A stretch of 63,918 nucleotides of DNA, filler included, from Octopus bimaculoides (GCF_001194135.2; 5 parts of 5 records of this genome joined end to end with filler, not necessarily neighbours in it), one strand, 5' to 3'; shown: positions 37,640 to 50,215, counted from the whole stretch's first letter. Notes: generated from the sequence alone by a model not told the origin. A program made the numbers and translations.

Positions 37640-38102
37640 AAAGTGAGTATGTATGAAAGTCCTAGACAGGGAAATTCACAGTTTATAAGGAAGAAAAGTA
37701 AAGAGTAAAAGTAGATATAAGAATACAGACAGGATAATCAAAGTTCATAGTTCATCTTTTTCCAGAGTGTATAGAGATTGGTTCATACTTCTGTGAAAGT
37801 AGAGGTCCTTATGCTTAATCCCAGGTAAATCCAGGCAGAATTTTAGCAGTATTTTGAATGATGCATTCATGTTGAAGTGGTTAGCTAGTATGCTAATGGT
37901 CTGCATGGATGTACCTGGGATTAAGCATAAGGGTCTATACCTTCATGGAGGCATGGACCAACCTCCATACACTCTGGAAAAAGATGAATTGTGAACTTTT
38001 ATTATCCTGTCTGTATTCTTATATCTACATTTACACTTTATTCTTCTATTTTATTCCTTATAAACTGTGAATTTCCTTGTTTAGAACTCACATACTCACT
38101 TT

Positions 38103-38178
38103 GTCTCTGATGATGGAATACCCAGTGTAGAAACATGCTAGCCTACCACTTGGGACATCCCAGAAATAGCTGCAAGAC
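38103..38178 (+). ncRNA. Type-I hammerhead-like motif with a long stem II (right arm), U16.1C
   Basis: GTCT-CTGATGA-TGGAATA...CATCCCA-GAAA-TAGCTG-CA-AGAC. Confidence 0.5.
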
Positions 38179-38376
38179 TTCAAATTAACCTTACCCTAAT
38201 TAAATTATTATAAATTACTTGATATACTCATCTGCCTTGGTTTTGATGTCTTTTTTCTCTTTTATATATATATATATATTTGGCAGGAATGGCAACAAAA
38301 GAAGGAAAGAGACCTCGATATTATGCAAATAGAGGAATGTATCTGTAAAAATATGTGACACTTATTCAGTAGCCAT

Positions 38377-38438
38377 GATAAAACTCCGAGTTTCCAATGC
38401 CCGGGCGGTGTTCCGCTCCAACCATCTCTTCAGTTATC
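38377..38438 (-). ncRNA. Type-I hammerhead-like motif (left arm)
   Basis: GATAA-CTGAAGA-GATG...CATT-G-GAAA-CTC-G-GAG-TT-TTATC. Confidence 0.55.
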
Positions 38439-38520
38439 CAGCCACCGGAGGTTCTATTTGAAAAACAACCATTATGGAAACGAAAAACGGTTGGTTTTCA
38501 AACAGAACCTCCGGTGGCTG

Positions 38521-38582
38521 GATAACTGAAGAGATGGTTGGAGCGGAACACCACCCGGGCATTGGAAACTCGGAGTTTTATC
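38521..38582 (+). ncRNA. Type-I hammerhead-like motif (right arm)
   Basis: Stem I GATAA/TTATC, core CTGAAGA 38526-38532, GAAA 38565-38568, near-palindromic stem III ACTC-G-GAGT, GUU triplet; one extra G before GAAA. Confidence 0.55.
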
Positions 38583-39293
38583 NNNNNNNNNNNNNNNNNN
38601 NNNNNNNNNNNNNNNNNNNNNNNNNNNNNNNNNNNNNNNNNNNNNNNNNNNNNNNNNNNNNNNNNNNNNNNNNNNNNNNNNNNNNNNNNNNNNNNNNNNN
38701 NNNNNNNNNNNNNNNNNNNNNNNNNNNNNNNNNNNNNNNNNNNNNNNNNNNNNNNNNNNNNNNNNNNNNNNNNNNNNNNNNNNNNNNNNNNNNNNNNNNN
38801 NNNNNNNNNNNNNNNNNNNNNNNNNNNNNNNNNNNNNNNNNNNNNNNNNNNNNNNNNNNNNNNNNNNNNNNNNNNNNNNNNNNNNNNNNNNNNNNNNNNN
38901 NNNNNNNNNNNNNNNNNNNNNNNNNNNNNNNNNNNNNNNNNNNNNNNNNNNNNNNNNNNNNNNNNNNNNNNNNNNNNNNNNNNNNNNNNNNNNNNNNNNN
39001 NNNNNNNNNNNNNNNNNNNNNNNNNNNNNNNNNNNNNNNNNNNNNNNNNNNNNNNNNNNNNNNNNNNNNNNNNNNNNNNNNNNNNNNNNNNNNNNNNNNN
39101 NNNNNNNNNNNNNNNNNNNNNNNNNNNNNNNNNNNNNNNNTATATATATATATATATATATATATAAACACACATCTACACATACATATATACACATATC
39201 TATACACACACAAATTATGTTCATATCTGCATGTGCATGTTTAGGAGTCTGTATGTTATTCAGATTAGAAGAATATAAAAGTCAGCACATTAG

Positions 39294-39408
39294 CAGAGGC
39301 TGAGAGTTCAAGTGCTGAATAATTCAGAAGAAAAATCTCAAGAGAGGATGGGGCCAGGATGCAAAAGAAGATCAGAAAGAAAACAAAGAGAAAAATTGAA
39401 AGAAATAG
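39294..39408 (+). CDS. Weak candidate exon 1 of an unidentified gene (QRLRVQVLNN...EKLKEI)
   Basis: Open frame between a weak TAG acceptor and an AG|GTGTAT donor; no homology recognised. Confidence 0.15.
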
Positions 39409-40230
39409 GTGTATTGAGATATATTTGACTAAATTCGACATTCGAGCCTATCCTTGGGATACACTTGTCTATAGATACTGAAGAAACTGGTTGGCTGACT
39501 TAATTCAAGCAGAGTTTAGATGATTATATTTCTTAAGTTATAACTTACTGGGGGAGGGGGGGGTGCTATTTGATTTTTTTACCCCCCCAAATAACCTTAT
39601 TTCCTAATCTAGCATCCTTACAAAACCCCTTAGTGTATGCTTAACAAGAAAACCTGATTTAGTTTATGTTCACAGCATTGTTAACTTGTTTTATAGTATA
39701 TACATTCCTATATTCCTCGATACTCTTTTACTTGTTTCAGCCATGTGGCTGTGGTCATGCTGGAGCACATACATTTTTATTTTATTTTACTTGCTTCGGT
39801 TACTGGACTGTGGCCAGGCGGGGTATCCTTTCAATGTTTGTTTTACCATGGATTTGTCAAAGAAGGAACAAGTTCTCCAAGACTGCTGGAAGAAAGAGAG
39901 GAAGTTATCTCTAACATTGTGTAAAGACAGGATAGTTACAATTAGAATGTCTTTCATGTTAAATCACAGCTGTTCTGGGTCTTGGGTCTATCAAGCAATA
40001 AAAGAGTTTCTATGTGACTGATCAACATTTTTATATTAAATAACAGCCAAATTTCCCTTAAATAAAAAAGGAATATAATGTAATCCTAGATATAATGTAT
40101 GACAACAGGATGGTCATGGTTAGAATACCTTTGATCATAGATCTTCTTCGTCATGACTGAGCTGGAGCCTGACAAAAACATACCAAACTGATTTTGCTGC
40201 TTTTGTGTAAATTTTGTCTTCTTTCATTAG

Positions 40231-40289
40231 CACAAAAGAAGGAATATTATTTGACGGAATCAATTCCAGTAGAGGAAGCCACCATTATA
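40231..40289 (+). CDS. Weak candidate exon 2 (AQKKEYYLTESIPVEEATII)
   Basis: Good acceptor TTTTGTCTTCTTTCATTAG; phase-compatible with candidates 1 and 3; weak donor GTGATT. Confidence 0.2.
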
Positions 40290-40546
40290 GTGATTATTTA
40301 AGTTAAATCAATATTGGCCTGAAAACCAACAGATTCTCAGCTGTCCATATCATTGCCATTTGGAGAGATATGGAGGTTAAAGAATTGAACTACCACTCAA
40401 TTTTTGAGGATCAATTAAACTAACTAAAGACATCATTATTATTATTCAATATTTGTATAGTGTTGTATGTTGACAAACAACATATAACCAATAGCAATGA
40501 AAATTGACTGACTGAGATGACTGACACCTGTTTGTCTAATTTCCAG

Positions 40547-40633
40547 CAGGAGCAGAAGAGAAAAATTCTACAGTGCAGGATGTCCTGGAGGGGAATGAAC
40601 GGTTACAAGAACCAAGAATACAACACAAGTTAA
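40547..40633 (+). CDS. Weak candidate terminal exon (QEQKRKILQCRMSWRGMNGYKNQEYNTS*)
   Basis: Acceptor TTTGTCTAATTTCCAG with upstream CTGAC branch-like motifs; no homology recognised. Confidence 0.2.
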   Translation, partial: QEQKRKILQCRMSWRGMNGYKNQEYNTS

Positions 40634-40714
40634 TCTAAAGACCCAGTTTTTAATAATGGTAATTATAATGATAATGTTTTCTAAGTACAAGGACATACAT
40701 GTAGTTAATCATCA

Positions 40715-40980
40715 TCATTGTCTTTTAACATCTGCTTTCCATGCTGGCATGGGTTGGACAGTTTGACTGAGGGCTGGCAAGCCAGAAGGCTGCACCAGCT
40801 CCATTCTGAACTGGCAGAGTTTCTACAGCTGGCTGCCCTTCCTAACGCCAACCACTCTGAGAGTGTAGTGGGTGCTTTTTATGTGCCACTGGCACAAGGG
40901 CCAGTCAGGTGGTACTGGTATCGACCACGCTCAAATGGTGCTTTTTACGTGTCACTGGCACGAGGCCAGTCAGCCCTGCT
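40715..40980 (-). mobile_element. RTE-associated 3'-UTR/tail repeat, CpG-decayed
   Basis: TTTCCATGCTGGCATGGGTTGGAC...GCCCTTCCTAACGCCAACC, as at 50216-50545 and 45740-46020. Confidence 0.8.
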
Positions 40981-41034
40981 ATAATAATATGCACTGCTTT
41001 CTCACATAATAATAATAATAATAATAATAATAAC

Positions 41035-41470
41035 CCTTTCTACTAAAGGCACAAGGACTGAAATTTTTGGGGAAGGAGACTAGTTGATTACATCAACCTC
41101 AGTGTTTCACTGGTACATAATTTATCAATCCCAAAAGGAGGAAAGGAACAGTTGACTTCAGTAGAATTTGAGCCCAGAACACAAGGATGGATGAAATACT
41201 GCTAAGCATTTTTCCCAGTGTACTAATGATTCTGATAGTTCATCACCTTAATAATAATAATGATTTCAAATTTTGGCACAAGGCCAGCAATTTCAGAGTA
41301 GGGAATAAGTTGATTACATTGGCCCCAGTACTCCACTAGTACTTATTTTATCGACCCCAAAATCATGAAAAGCAAAGTCGACTTTGGTGGAATTTGAGCT
41401 CATAAGGATGGACGAAATACTGCTAAGCATTCTGCCTGGTGTGCTAATGATTCTGCTAGTTCACCGCCAT
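41035..41470 (-). mobile_element. Two SINE family D copies with nearly all CpGs mutated
   Basis: Alignable to family D with CG changed to TG/CA throughout. Confidence 0.85.
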
Positions 41471-43443
41471 AATAATAATAATAATAATTAATAATAATAA
41501 TAATAATTAATAATAATAATAATAATAATAAATGATGATGATAAAAAAATGAGCAATAGATGTAAAATAAAGGAATTATAAATAGGTTACCAACACTAAT
41601 CTAATAATATGGCAGTAAAACTATTTGTGTATGAGTTTGGACAGCAACATACTGAAGATGTCATATCAACAGCAGTTGCTTTCCCTTTCTAACCAAAACC
41701 ACACCCAATAAGCTAAAATGTTTACTTTCTTCTTCAACCACCCACAAATACTTAAAGCTTACACCATTACATAATATTTTTGTCTTTTTGGTTTTTATTG
41801 TTTTCTCCCATTTCTTTTTCCTTCATTTTTTCATGAACAAAAATACAATCTAAGATACAACCAATTCAGCTTTTGACTATGGTATCACATTGACCAAGTG
41901 TTTAGCCATCTTGAGTTCCAATGCATTATCACCTTTATCATTTGTTATATATGGTTTTATCCCCAGCCACCAAAGTTAATCCTATAGTGATACCTCAACA
42001 GCCAAATTTATTAGAAGTCACTTTGTAACAAAACAGACTACAGACTCAGGACTTGGTAAAATGCTGTTTATAATGTCACAACTATAAATTTACTAAAAAT
42101 TAGCTGTATTAAATTTTTTTAAATTGTGACAAAAATGAATAAAAATCATTTTTTAAATCTATTTTGTACAGAATTTTATTATTCCATTCAAAAGCTCAAA
42201 ATGTTATGCCTGGGCATAGCACCAAAGGCAAAAGATTTTTACCATAATTTTAGGTCAACCCAGAAACAGCATGGACATTCATCAAATGAATTGTACCAAT
42301 CATTCAAAAGTTCATGTTTGTTATATATTAAGATTCAACATGAGAATTAAATTAAGGGTAAATGTGTCAAGAATACTCAACTGATTAAACATTAATTTAA
42401 TGAGTAGGTGGTTCTGTTAATTATCAAAAGTGATATGGAAACATTATTGAGAATATTAATGTCCTCAAAAGCACAGTTCTTACATCAGTATTAACTATTT
42501 TTTAGCAAGCAAAGTAACTTGATGCCATCACTACTGTCACCACTTTGTCTACTACTACTTCTAACAAAAACAACAGTATGAATGTATGAGTCTTCCCAGT
42601 CTGGCTACAAATATCTGCTATAAACAAAACATTGTTAATAATACTTATTGGTTGCAAAACACAACTTGATTTCTGACCACACCTTGAAATACTCAAATCT
42701 TCTTCCCACTCAGCCACTGACTCACTGCTAAACAGACCACAACAGCAGTAGGAGCAGCAGCAATAGTAGTAGAATTACGTTATTTAGGCTTCAACTATTT
42801 CCTGACTAATAAAACTGTCCTAACACACTGATCAAATCTCCTTGCACATAACAACCCTTATACATATCCCTTTATTACTTTGGTTTATATTTCAGGATGT
42901 TCTTTTTCTGATATAAAATTCCCAATTACATTTCCACAAATACAATAAAGTACATTAAAATACAAGATGATATTCAGAATGTCTATCTAGCCTTGAAGTA
43001 GCCAAAATGACAAATGTAATATATATTGTTATGGTTATGATATACTGGTGGAAAACATAATATCTGAAAAGGTATTTTCAAGTGACAAAAATACATGAAT
43101 TCTTTCAAAAATATTTCTCTTATAACAGGCAGAAGCATGAAGAAGTAGAATGAAAAGGGTATATCCCTGAAATAGTGATCTGTACTTCACTAGTCTAGTG
43201 CAACTAACCTACTGAAGCTATAGGTTGACAACTGTCCTGAACTACTGTAAAACAACTCAGTATGATGTTTGTGGTCCATTCTAGAATGGTGTTGTTAAGT
43301 AAAACATAGCTATGATTGATACCTCTTATGTGTTTAAATGTACACTGTATTTTTATGAATAATATATAGTCTATTGACTAATTTTTCTACACGCTAGGCC
43401 ACTGATAGTAAAAATTTCAAAAATTTTTCTTATCCCGATATTA

Positions 43444-43495
<52 letters not shown>

Positions 43496-43544
43496 ATGTA
43501 TATATAATTATATAATATATATAATTATTTATCATCATCATCAT

Positions 43545-44040
43545 CATTGTTTAACGTGTTTAAGGTGTTTTTTACGTGCCACTTACACGGGAACCAGTCC
43601 AGCGGCACTGGCAACAACCTCGCTTGAATGATTTTCTAACATGCTACCGGCACAAGTGCTAGAAGGCGACGCTGGTAACGATTACGCTCAAATGGTGCTA
43701 TTTACGGACCACTAGCACGGAAGCCGGACAGCTGCTCTGGCAATGAACACTCTCGGACAGTGCTGTTAGTGCTCCACTGGCGCAGGTGCCAGTCATCGAA
43801 TATAGTTTCATTTCGATTTTGATTTCACTTGCCCCAACAGGTTTTTGCAAGCAGAGTTTAGTGTCCAATGAAGGAGAGGTTGGCGTAGGTGCCAGTCGTT
43901 GGATTCAGTTCAATTTCGATTTCAGATTTCAAATTCACTTGCCTCAACAGGTCTTCGCAAGCAGAGTTTAGTGTCCAATGAAGTAAAGATACGAATAAGT
44001 GAGCTGGCTACACTTCTGGCAGAGGTCACAGCTTATGCTG
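43545..44040 (-). mobile_element. RTE LINE 3' UTR with internal sub-repeats and a ~105-bp tandem duplication (43783-43985)
   Basis: Contiguous with the ORF2 stop at 44041; duplicated CAACAGGT...GCAAGCAGAGTTTAGTGTCCAATGAAG. Confidence 0.75.
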
Positions 44041-44670
44041 TCACTTGGCTTGCCGGGTCTTCTCCCGTACTGCATATTTCCAAAGGTCCCAGTCACTAGT
44101 CATTGCCTCGGTGAGGCCTAAAGTTCGAAGGTCGTGCTTCACCACCTATTCCCAGGTCTTCCTGGGTCTACCTCTTCCACAGGTTCCCTCAACTGCTAGG
44201 ATGTGGCACTTTTTCACACAGCTATCCTCATCCATTCTTGTCACATGTCCATACCAGCGCAGTCGTCTCTCTTGCACACCACAATTGATGCTTCTTAGGT
44301 CCAACTTTTCTCTCAAGGTACTTACACTCTGACGAGTATGTACACTGACATTACACATCCATCAGAGTATACTGGCTTCGTTTATTGCGAGCTTACGCAT
44401 GTCCTCAGCAGTCACGGCCCATGTTGCACTGCCATGTAGCATGGAAGTTCGTACACATGCATCATACAGTCTGCCTTTTACTCTGAATGAGAGGTCCTTT
44501 GTCACCAGCAGAGGTAAGAGTTCTCTAAAATTTGCACAGGCTATTCTTATTCTAGCAGCTACACTTTCAGCGCACCCTTCCCCGCTACAAACTTGGTCAC
44601 CTAGGTAGCGGAAGCTATCAACTACTTCTAGTTTTTCTCCCTGGAGTGTGGCAAAGGTTGTTTTCTGCAC
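44041..44670 (-). pseudogene. 5'-truncated RTE-clade LINE ORF2, RT C-terminal region, frameshifted
   Basis: LEVVDSFRYLGD, KGRLYDACVRTSMLHGSATW, RRLRWYGHVTRM and GRGRPRKTW are diagnostic RTE ORF2 motifs. Confidence 0.93.
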
Positions 44671-44872
44671 ATTCTCAGTGTTTATTACTCCTGAGCATCT
44701 GCCACATACAAAAACTATCTTACTAGTTAGCCTTCCTTTGATATTGCTGCACTTCTTATGTGTTCATAGCTTACACTGGGTACATCTTATGGAGTTTCTA
44801 CCTACGCCTTTTCTGCAGATCGAGCAGGGCCATCTACCTGAAGGGGTTTGTGTCATGTCTACTTTCCTACTT

Positions 44873-45164
44873 AGGTGCAGGAATGGTTCCGGGTTCATTC
44901 CTACTGAGTGGAACCTTGGGCAAGTGTCTTCTACTATAGCCTCAGGCCGACCAAACCCTTGTGAGTGGATTTAGTAGACGGAAACTGAAAGAAGCCCGTC
45001 GTATATATATGTATATATATATATGTATGTGTGTGTATATGTTTGTGTGTCAACCCAACATCGCTTGACAACCGATGGTGGTGTGTTTACATCCCTGTAA
45101 CTTAGCGGTTCGGCAAAAGAGACCGATAGAATAAGTACTAGGCTTCCAAAGAATAAGTCCTGAG
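44873..45164 (+). mobile_element. SINE family A, head partly deleted, CpGs retained
   Basis: Matches family A. Confidence 0.88.
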
Positions 45165-45739
45165 ATCTGTAGTTTTTATTCTTTCGTTATCTATTAAGCA
45201 TAGTGTAGAATTCGTGCCTGTAGTTTTTATTCTTTAGTTATCCAGGGACTTCATAAAAAATTGTATATAAAAATATTCATTTTTTACGTTATTTTTTTAG
45301 ATTATTTTTCTATGTAGATTTCAAATTCTCAAACAACACAGAATTAGCAAGGTATTTTGTATCTTTTATTTAGATTTCATCATTTATAACTTCATTGTGA
45401 AGTCTCCAATAGTTGAATGTTTTTTCTTAAATATGTTTTATTTTTGGTTTTATAGTCATTTTTATGTTTTTATTTATTTTAATTTTTATTATAAAGTAAA
45501 TGAGTTACTCAATGATGTCACTATTGGTGCCATGAATGAATAAATGAATGTCTTAAGTTGAATTTGATTTAGACATTTCATTTTGTTTATTAACTGCTAA
45601 ATTTTTTCATATGTTAAGTTGAAATTTCACCAACTTGGATTACCTTGATAATGTTGTGTTGACATATATCTTTGAAGATATTTTTATTAATTTTAATAAT
45701 ATTGTTTTTATATAATATGTTGGGGCAAGTGAATGCGAA

Positions 45740-46020
45740 ATCATGAAGGCACCTGTACCAGTCGAGCGCTAAGAGCACCGTCCGAGCGTGATTGTTGCCA
45801 GAGCAGCTGTCTGGCTTCCGTGCCAGTGGCACGTGAAAAGACATTCGAGCGAGGTCGTGGCCAGTGCTGCTGGACTGGCTCCTGTGCAGGTGACACGTAA
45901 AATACACCATTTTGAGCGTGGTCGTTGCCAGTACCGCCTGACAGGCCTTTGTGCCAGTGGCACATAAAAGCACCCACTACACTCTCGGAGTGGTTAGCGT
46001 TAGGAAGGGCATCCACCTGT
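45740..46020 (+). mobile_element. RTE-associated 3'-UTR/tail repeat
   Basis: Opposite orientation to 43545-43790; ends GGAGTGGTTAGCGTTAGGAAGGGCATCCA. Confidence 0.8.
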
Positions 46021-46024
46021 ATGT

Positions 46025-46155
46025 ATGTTCGGCAAAAGAGACTGACAGAATAAGTACTAGGCTTACAAAGAATAAGTCCTGGGGTCGATTTGTTCGACTA
46101 AAGGTGGTGCTCCAGCATGGCCGCAGTCAAATGACGGAAACAAGTAAAAGAGTAA
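46025..46155 (+). mobile_element. SINE family A 3' part
   Basis: Matches the family A tail. Confidence 0.85.
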
Positions 46156-46257
46156 ATATATATATGCATATAGACATATAAACATATACACACACATATA
46201 TATTTATATATATATATATATACGATATATATATATATTCTTTTATTCTTTTATTCT

Positions 46258-47007
46258 GTCGATAATAGGGCCCTTCCAATGGATCCTTCTATCTACTACA
46301 TATTAATATTTTATTTAAACAGCCCAAGGGAAATAACCCATACCACCTGTGGATTTTAGCGAAGCAAACAATATTTGATTCTCACGATCAGCCAACCTAA
46401 TTCTGCATTTCACTACTCACAGTTTTGAACTGCTAAACATTATTATTGCACTTCCTTAATTTGAATCTTAAACATTAAAGCCTTCATTCATACATTTCTA
46501 TACATACAAACTTTTTTGAATGCCCATTACTCCAATAATTCTGCATTTTTACAGTTACACTTTTTCCATGACAGTAGATAAATTTTTTATTCCACAATGT
46601 ATTTGTAGTGGCTTCATGCAGGCATAGCGTGGATTCCATCCTCGATTGCCAAATTTCACTTAACACTTCAACAGCGCTTTTCTCATGGTAAAACAATTTT
46701 TCTGTGAATGGCAGCAGTTATACATTTCCTAGATCCCTTTGCTAAACAGAATAATTTCTTTGCCTCTCGCCAACCTCTGGCAAACTTCTCACGAACCTCC
46801 GACAATCTTTCTTGCCAACTGCCAAAAACCTCTCTCACCAACCTTCGACAATCTCTCCCTCCTCCAGCTGACAGTTTTTTCTACTTTTTCATGACAGAAA
46901 ATACACCTTTTGTGGCAGTTATAATGAAATTGGTTTCTTACATCAGAGTAATAAGGCATTTCAATAGAACATCTTTACCCCTACGAATTACGGGGTACAC
47001 CAGCTAG
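46258..47007 (+). mobile_element. Non-autonomous Helitron-like element H1, 5' truncated
   Basis: Colinear with 3932-4670; TACCCC/GGGGTA hairpin followed by CACCAGCTAG|T. Confidence 0.8.
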
Positions 47008-47559
47008 TATATACACATATTTATACATATATATATATACATATATATAAACATACATATATATATACACATATATATACATATTTATACATATATATAT
47101 ATACATACATATATATATATNNNNNNNNNNNNNNNNNNNNNNNNNNNNNNNNNNNNNNNNNNNNNNNNNNNNNNNNNNNNNNNNNNNNNNNNNNNNNNNN
47201 NNNNNNNNNNNNNNNNNNNNAACACACCAGCATCAGTTGTCAAGCGATGTTGGGGGGACAAACAGACACATAAACATATATATATACATATATACATATA
47301 CTTATATATACATATCCATATATATATAAATATACATATATATATATATACTGATATACACACATATATACATATACACACACATATATATATACACACT
47401 AGCACTGACCATTTCCCAGCACCCACACTATCATCCATACACCTACACATGCACACGTCAAGGTCACCAGCCCCCTTCTACATGCACATACACACTCTCA
47501 CATACGCAGGCACGCGAACCTTCATTTTGGGATCACCACTACTATATTATCTCCCCTTC

Positions 47560-47758
47560 TTCCTAGCTCTCCTGTGACCCCTCTGTCTGGCATTCACCAT
47601 GATAGATCGCTAGCCACTAAACCTTTTTTATCTTCTCTCCCTGTTTATTTCTGTGTTCCTTTCTGTCGAAGAGTGTAGGCTCGAAACATAAAAGACTTTC
47701 TCACTTCCCGAGTGTTAAACTAATACATCTGTTTGTTGTTTACACACCAGTTTTCGTC
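47560..47758 (+). mobile_element. Penelope-like terminal-repeat remnant, family P3
   Basis: Homologous to 57100-57290 around the hammerhead motif and AAACTAATACA...GTTTGTTGTT. Confidence 0.6.
47659..47694 (+). ncRNA. Variant minimal hammerhead motif (CUGUCGA core), stem III damaged
   Basis: CTTT-CTGTCGA-A-GAGT-GTAG-GCTC-GAAA-CA-TA-AAAG. Confidence 0.45.
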
Positions 47759-47768
47759 NNNNNNNNNN

Positions 47769-47825
<57 letters not shown>

Positions 47826-48309
47826 CATATATATATATATAGACATATACATAAATATATATACATATTTATACATATTTATATACATATATATAACATA
47901 CATAAATATATATACATATTTATACATATAAATATAGATACATATATAAATATATATATTAATATATGCATATATATATACATACATATATATATATACA
48001 TATATACACATACATATATATATATACATATATAAATATATAAACATATATGTATATAAATGTATATATATATATATAATATATATATGAATATATATAC
48101 ATATATACACATATATATATATATATACATAAACANNNNNNNNNNTATATATGAATATATATACATATATACACATATATATATATATATACATAAACAT
48201 ATAGATCCATATATAAATATATATACACATATAAATATACATACACACACATATACACACATATATATATATATATATATATACATATGCACATACACAG
48301 AGTCTGACC

Positions 48310-48495
48310 ACCTGTTAGATCCATCATAGTGTCTGATGTAGTGAAAAAACACCCACACAGATTGCATATCTGATTTTGACCACCAAGAGCTTCAGTTAAG
48401 TTCTGTTGTCTGTGGATTATAAAATGTCTTTTGAGCCCTGTGTTAGATTTGCAGACCTTATGCCATACATGGCATTGAAAGGTGTGTACAGATAT
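48310..48495 (-). pseudogene. Decayed C2H2 zinc-finger-coding remnant, possibly a LINE C-terminus or a ZNF gene fragment
   Basis: FQCHVWHKVCKSNTGLKRHFIIH (second Cys changed to Trp) followed by ICNLCGCFF. Confidence 0.55.
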
Positions 48496-48572
48496 AGATA
48501 CATGTATGTTTAGGCCCAACTCGCAACAATGCCCATGTTCTTTTCTCTTATGACATACATACATACATATAC

Positions 48573-48628
<56 letters not shown>

Positions 48629-49453
48629 ATGTAGCAGGCATGCTATAGGGAAGGCGGTAACAATATAATGTATGCTTCACACATGGGAAGCCTACTATAC
48701 TCAGTACATGTTTATGTCTATGTACATGCATGTGTCTCCCTTCACAGGAAATGTTTCCAAGCCATGCAAAAACCAAAAGTAATAAACAATGATTTAATCC
48801 ATGCAGCAAACCAAAATTTTAAAATAGCAATTTGCTTCTAGAGTTTTGGCAAATGACCTTCTTTTCATAATTTTCACTAAAGTTTGTTCATTTGAAAGAT
48901 ACTTTCACCCTTATAATAATTTCAATCAAACCAAAGTATTATTGTTTACTCATTTGTACAAAAATGGAGACCAATTTAAATTACTTCATAAATAAATTTA
49001 AAAAGGACAAAAGTTAATTATTCCAAATAATATGATGAAGCAAGCTGTAAAAATGCTGACACAATTAATGAAATAACAAATTAATTAAACTATCTTATTA
49101 AATTAATCAATCAACTGTTTATTGATAACAATCTGAAAAGTGTGCAGAGGATGTTTTGGAAGGAGATGGAGTATGAGTGTGGAATGTGGTGTGGGATATT
49201 GTAGTATGTTCTAGTGTGGAGTGGTGGTGTAATATGGTATGATGGAGTGGACAGTAACAGAGTGACTGAAACAAACACAAGAAAATGTGAAGGAGGATGA
49301 AGTGGAGGAAGAGGTCAGGAATTACAATAGAATATTTTGTGACAAAGAAAATGTAAAAAAGGTTAATGAACATTGACATTTTGTGTGTGTGTCAGACCAT
49401 TACAACCTTCCCTACATAAGCCAATATGGAAGACAAACATAAAATAATGATGG

Positions 49454-49489
<36 letters not shown>

Positions 49490-49937
49490 GATATATATAT
49501 ATATATATATATATACACTGTCACATAAGGAGTGAATGTGGAAAGAAGAGTCTGTCAAACAACAAATATGGAGGGATTGACAGAAAAAGTCTTAAAGCAA
49601 AGTAGTTTGCCAGTCAGGGCATTACATTGCCCTGACTGGCATACAGAAAAAGGATGAGTGGCAATGATAGAATTAAAATAAATGGTTGGAGTAAGAAATT
49701 AACATTATGTTGCTTCAGGAAGAGAAATACGAACTTCATTTCCTTATAATGATGGAGGAGTTTGAAGATTTACTCTGAAAATTGTGATAAAAGTTTTTCT
49801 GGGAAAATGATAATAACTTGTAAATCTTTCAACATTTTGTAAATATATTATAATATTTTAGTAAATAATAAATATCCTTGCATTTTATTAAATTAAAAAA
49901 TTTTTTTTAATTACACACACACATATACACACACACA

Positions 49938-50015
<78 letters not shown>

Positions 50016-50165
50016 NNNNNNNNNNNNNNNNNNNNNNNNNNNNNNNNNNNNNNNNNNNNNNNNNNNNNNNNNNNNNNNNNNNNNNNNNNNNNNNNNNNNN
50101 NNNNNNNNNNNNNNNNNNNNNNNNNNNNNNNNNNNNNNNNNNNNNNNNNNNNNNNNNNNNNACAC

Positions 50166-50205
<40 letters not shown>

Positions 50206-50215
50206 ATACAACATC

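Larger units (their letters stand above)
37491..38250. mobile_element. 760-bp palindromic element (~360-bp arms) with a hammerhead-like motif on each arm; probably an inverted Penelope-like repeat
   Basis: GACATCAAAACCAAGGCAG...CTGCCTTGGTTTTGATGTC; arms alignable throughout, differing largely by transitions; centre near 37870. Confidence 0.88.
38377..38582. mobile_element. Young 206-bp palindrome (94-bp arms, 3 mismatches, 18-nt spacer) with a hammerhead-like motif on each arm; right end runs into an N gap
   Basis: 38377-38470 vs 38489-38582. Confidence 0.9.

Noticed and set aside
42502-42717. 71-aa minus-strand ORF in the CpG-poor block
   Set aside because: No homology or codon pattern recognised; consistent with chance.
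45165-45720. T-rich tract as a mitochondrial insertion
   Set aside because: No mitochondrial gene or tRNA recognised; only a 24-bp direct repeat near 45168 and 45210.
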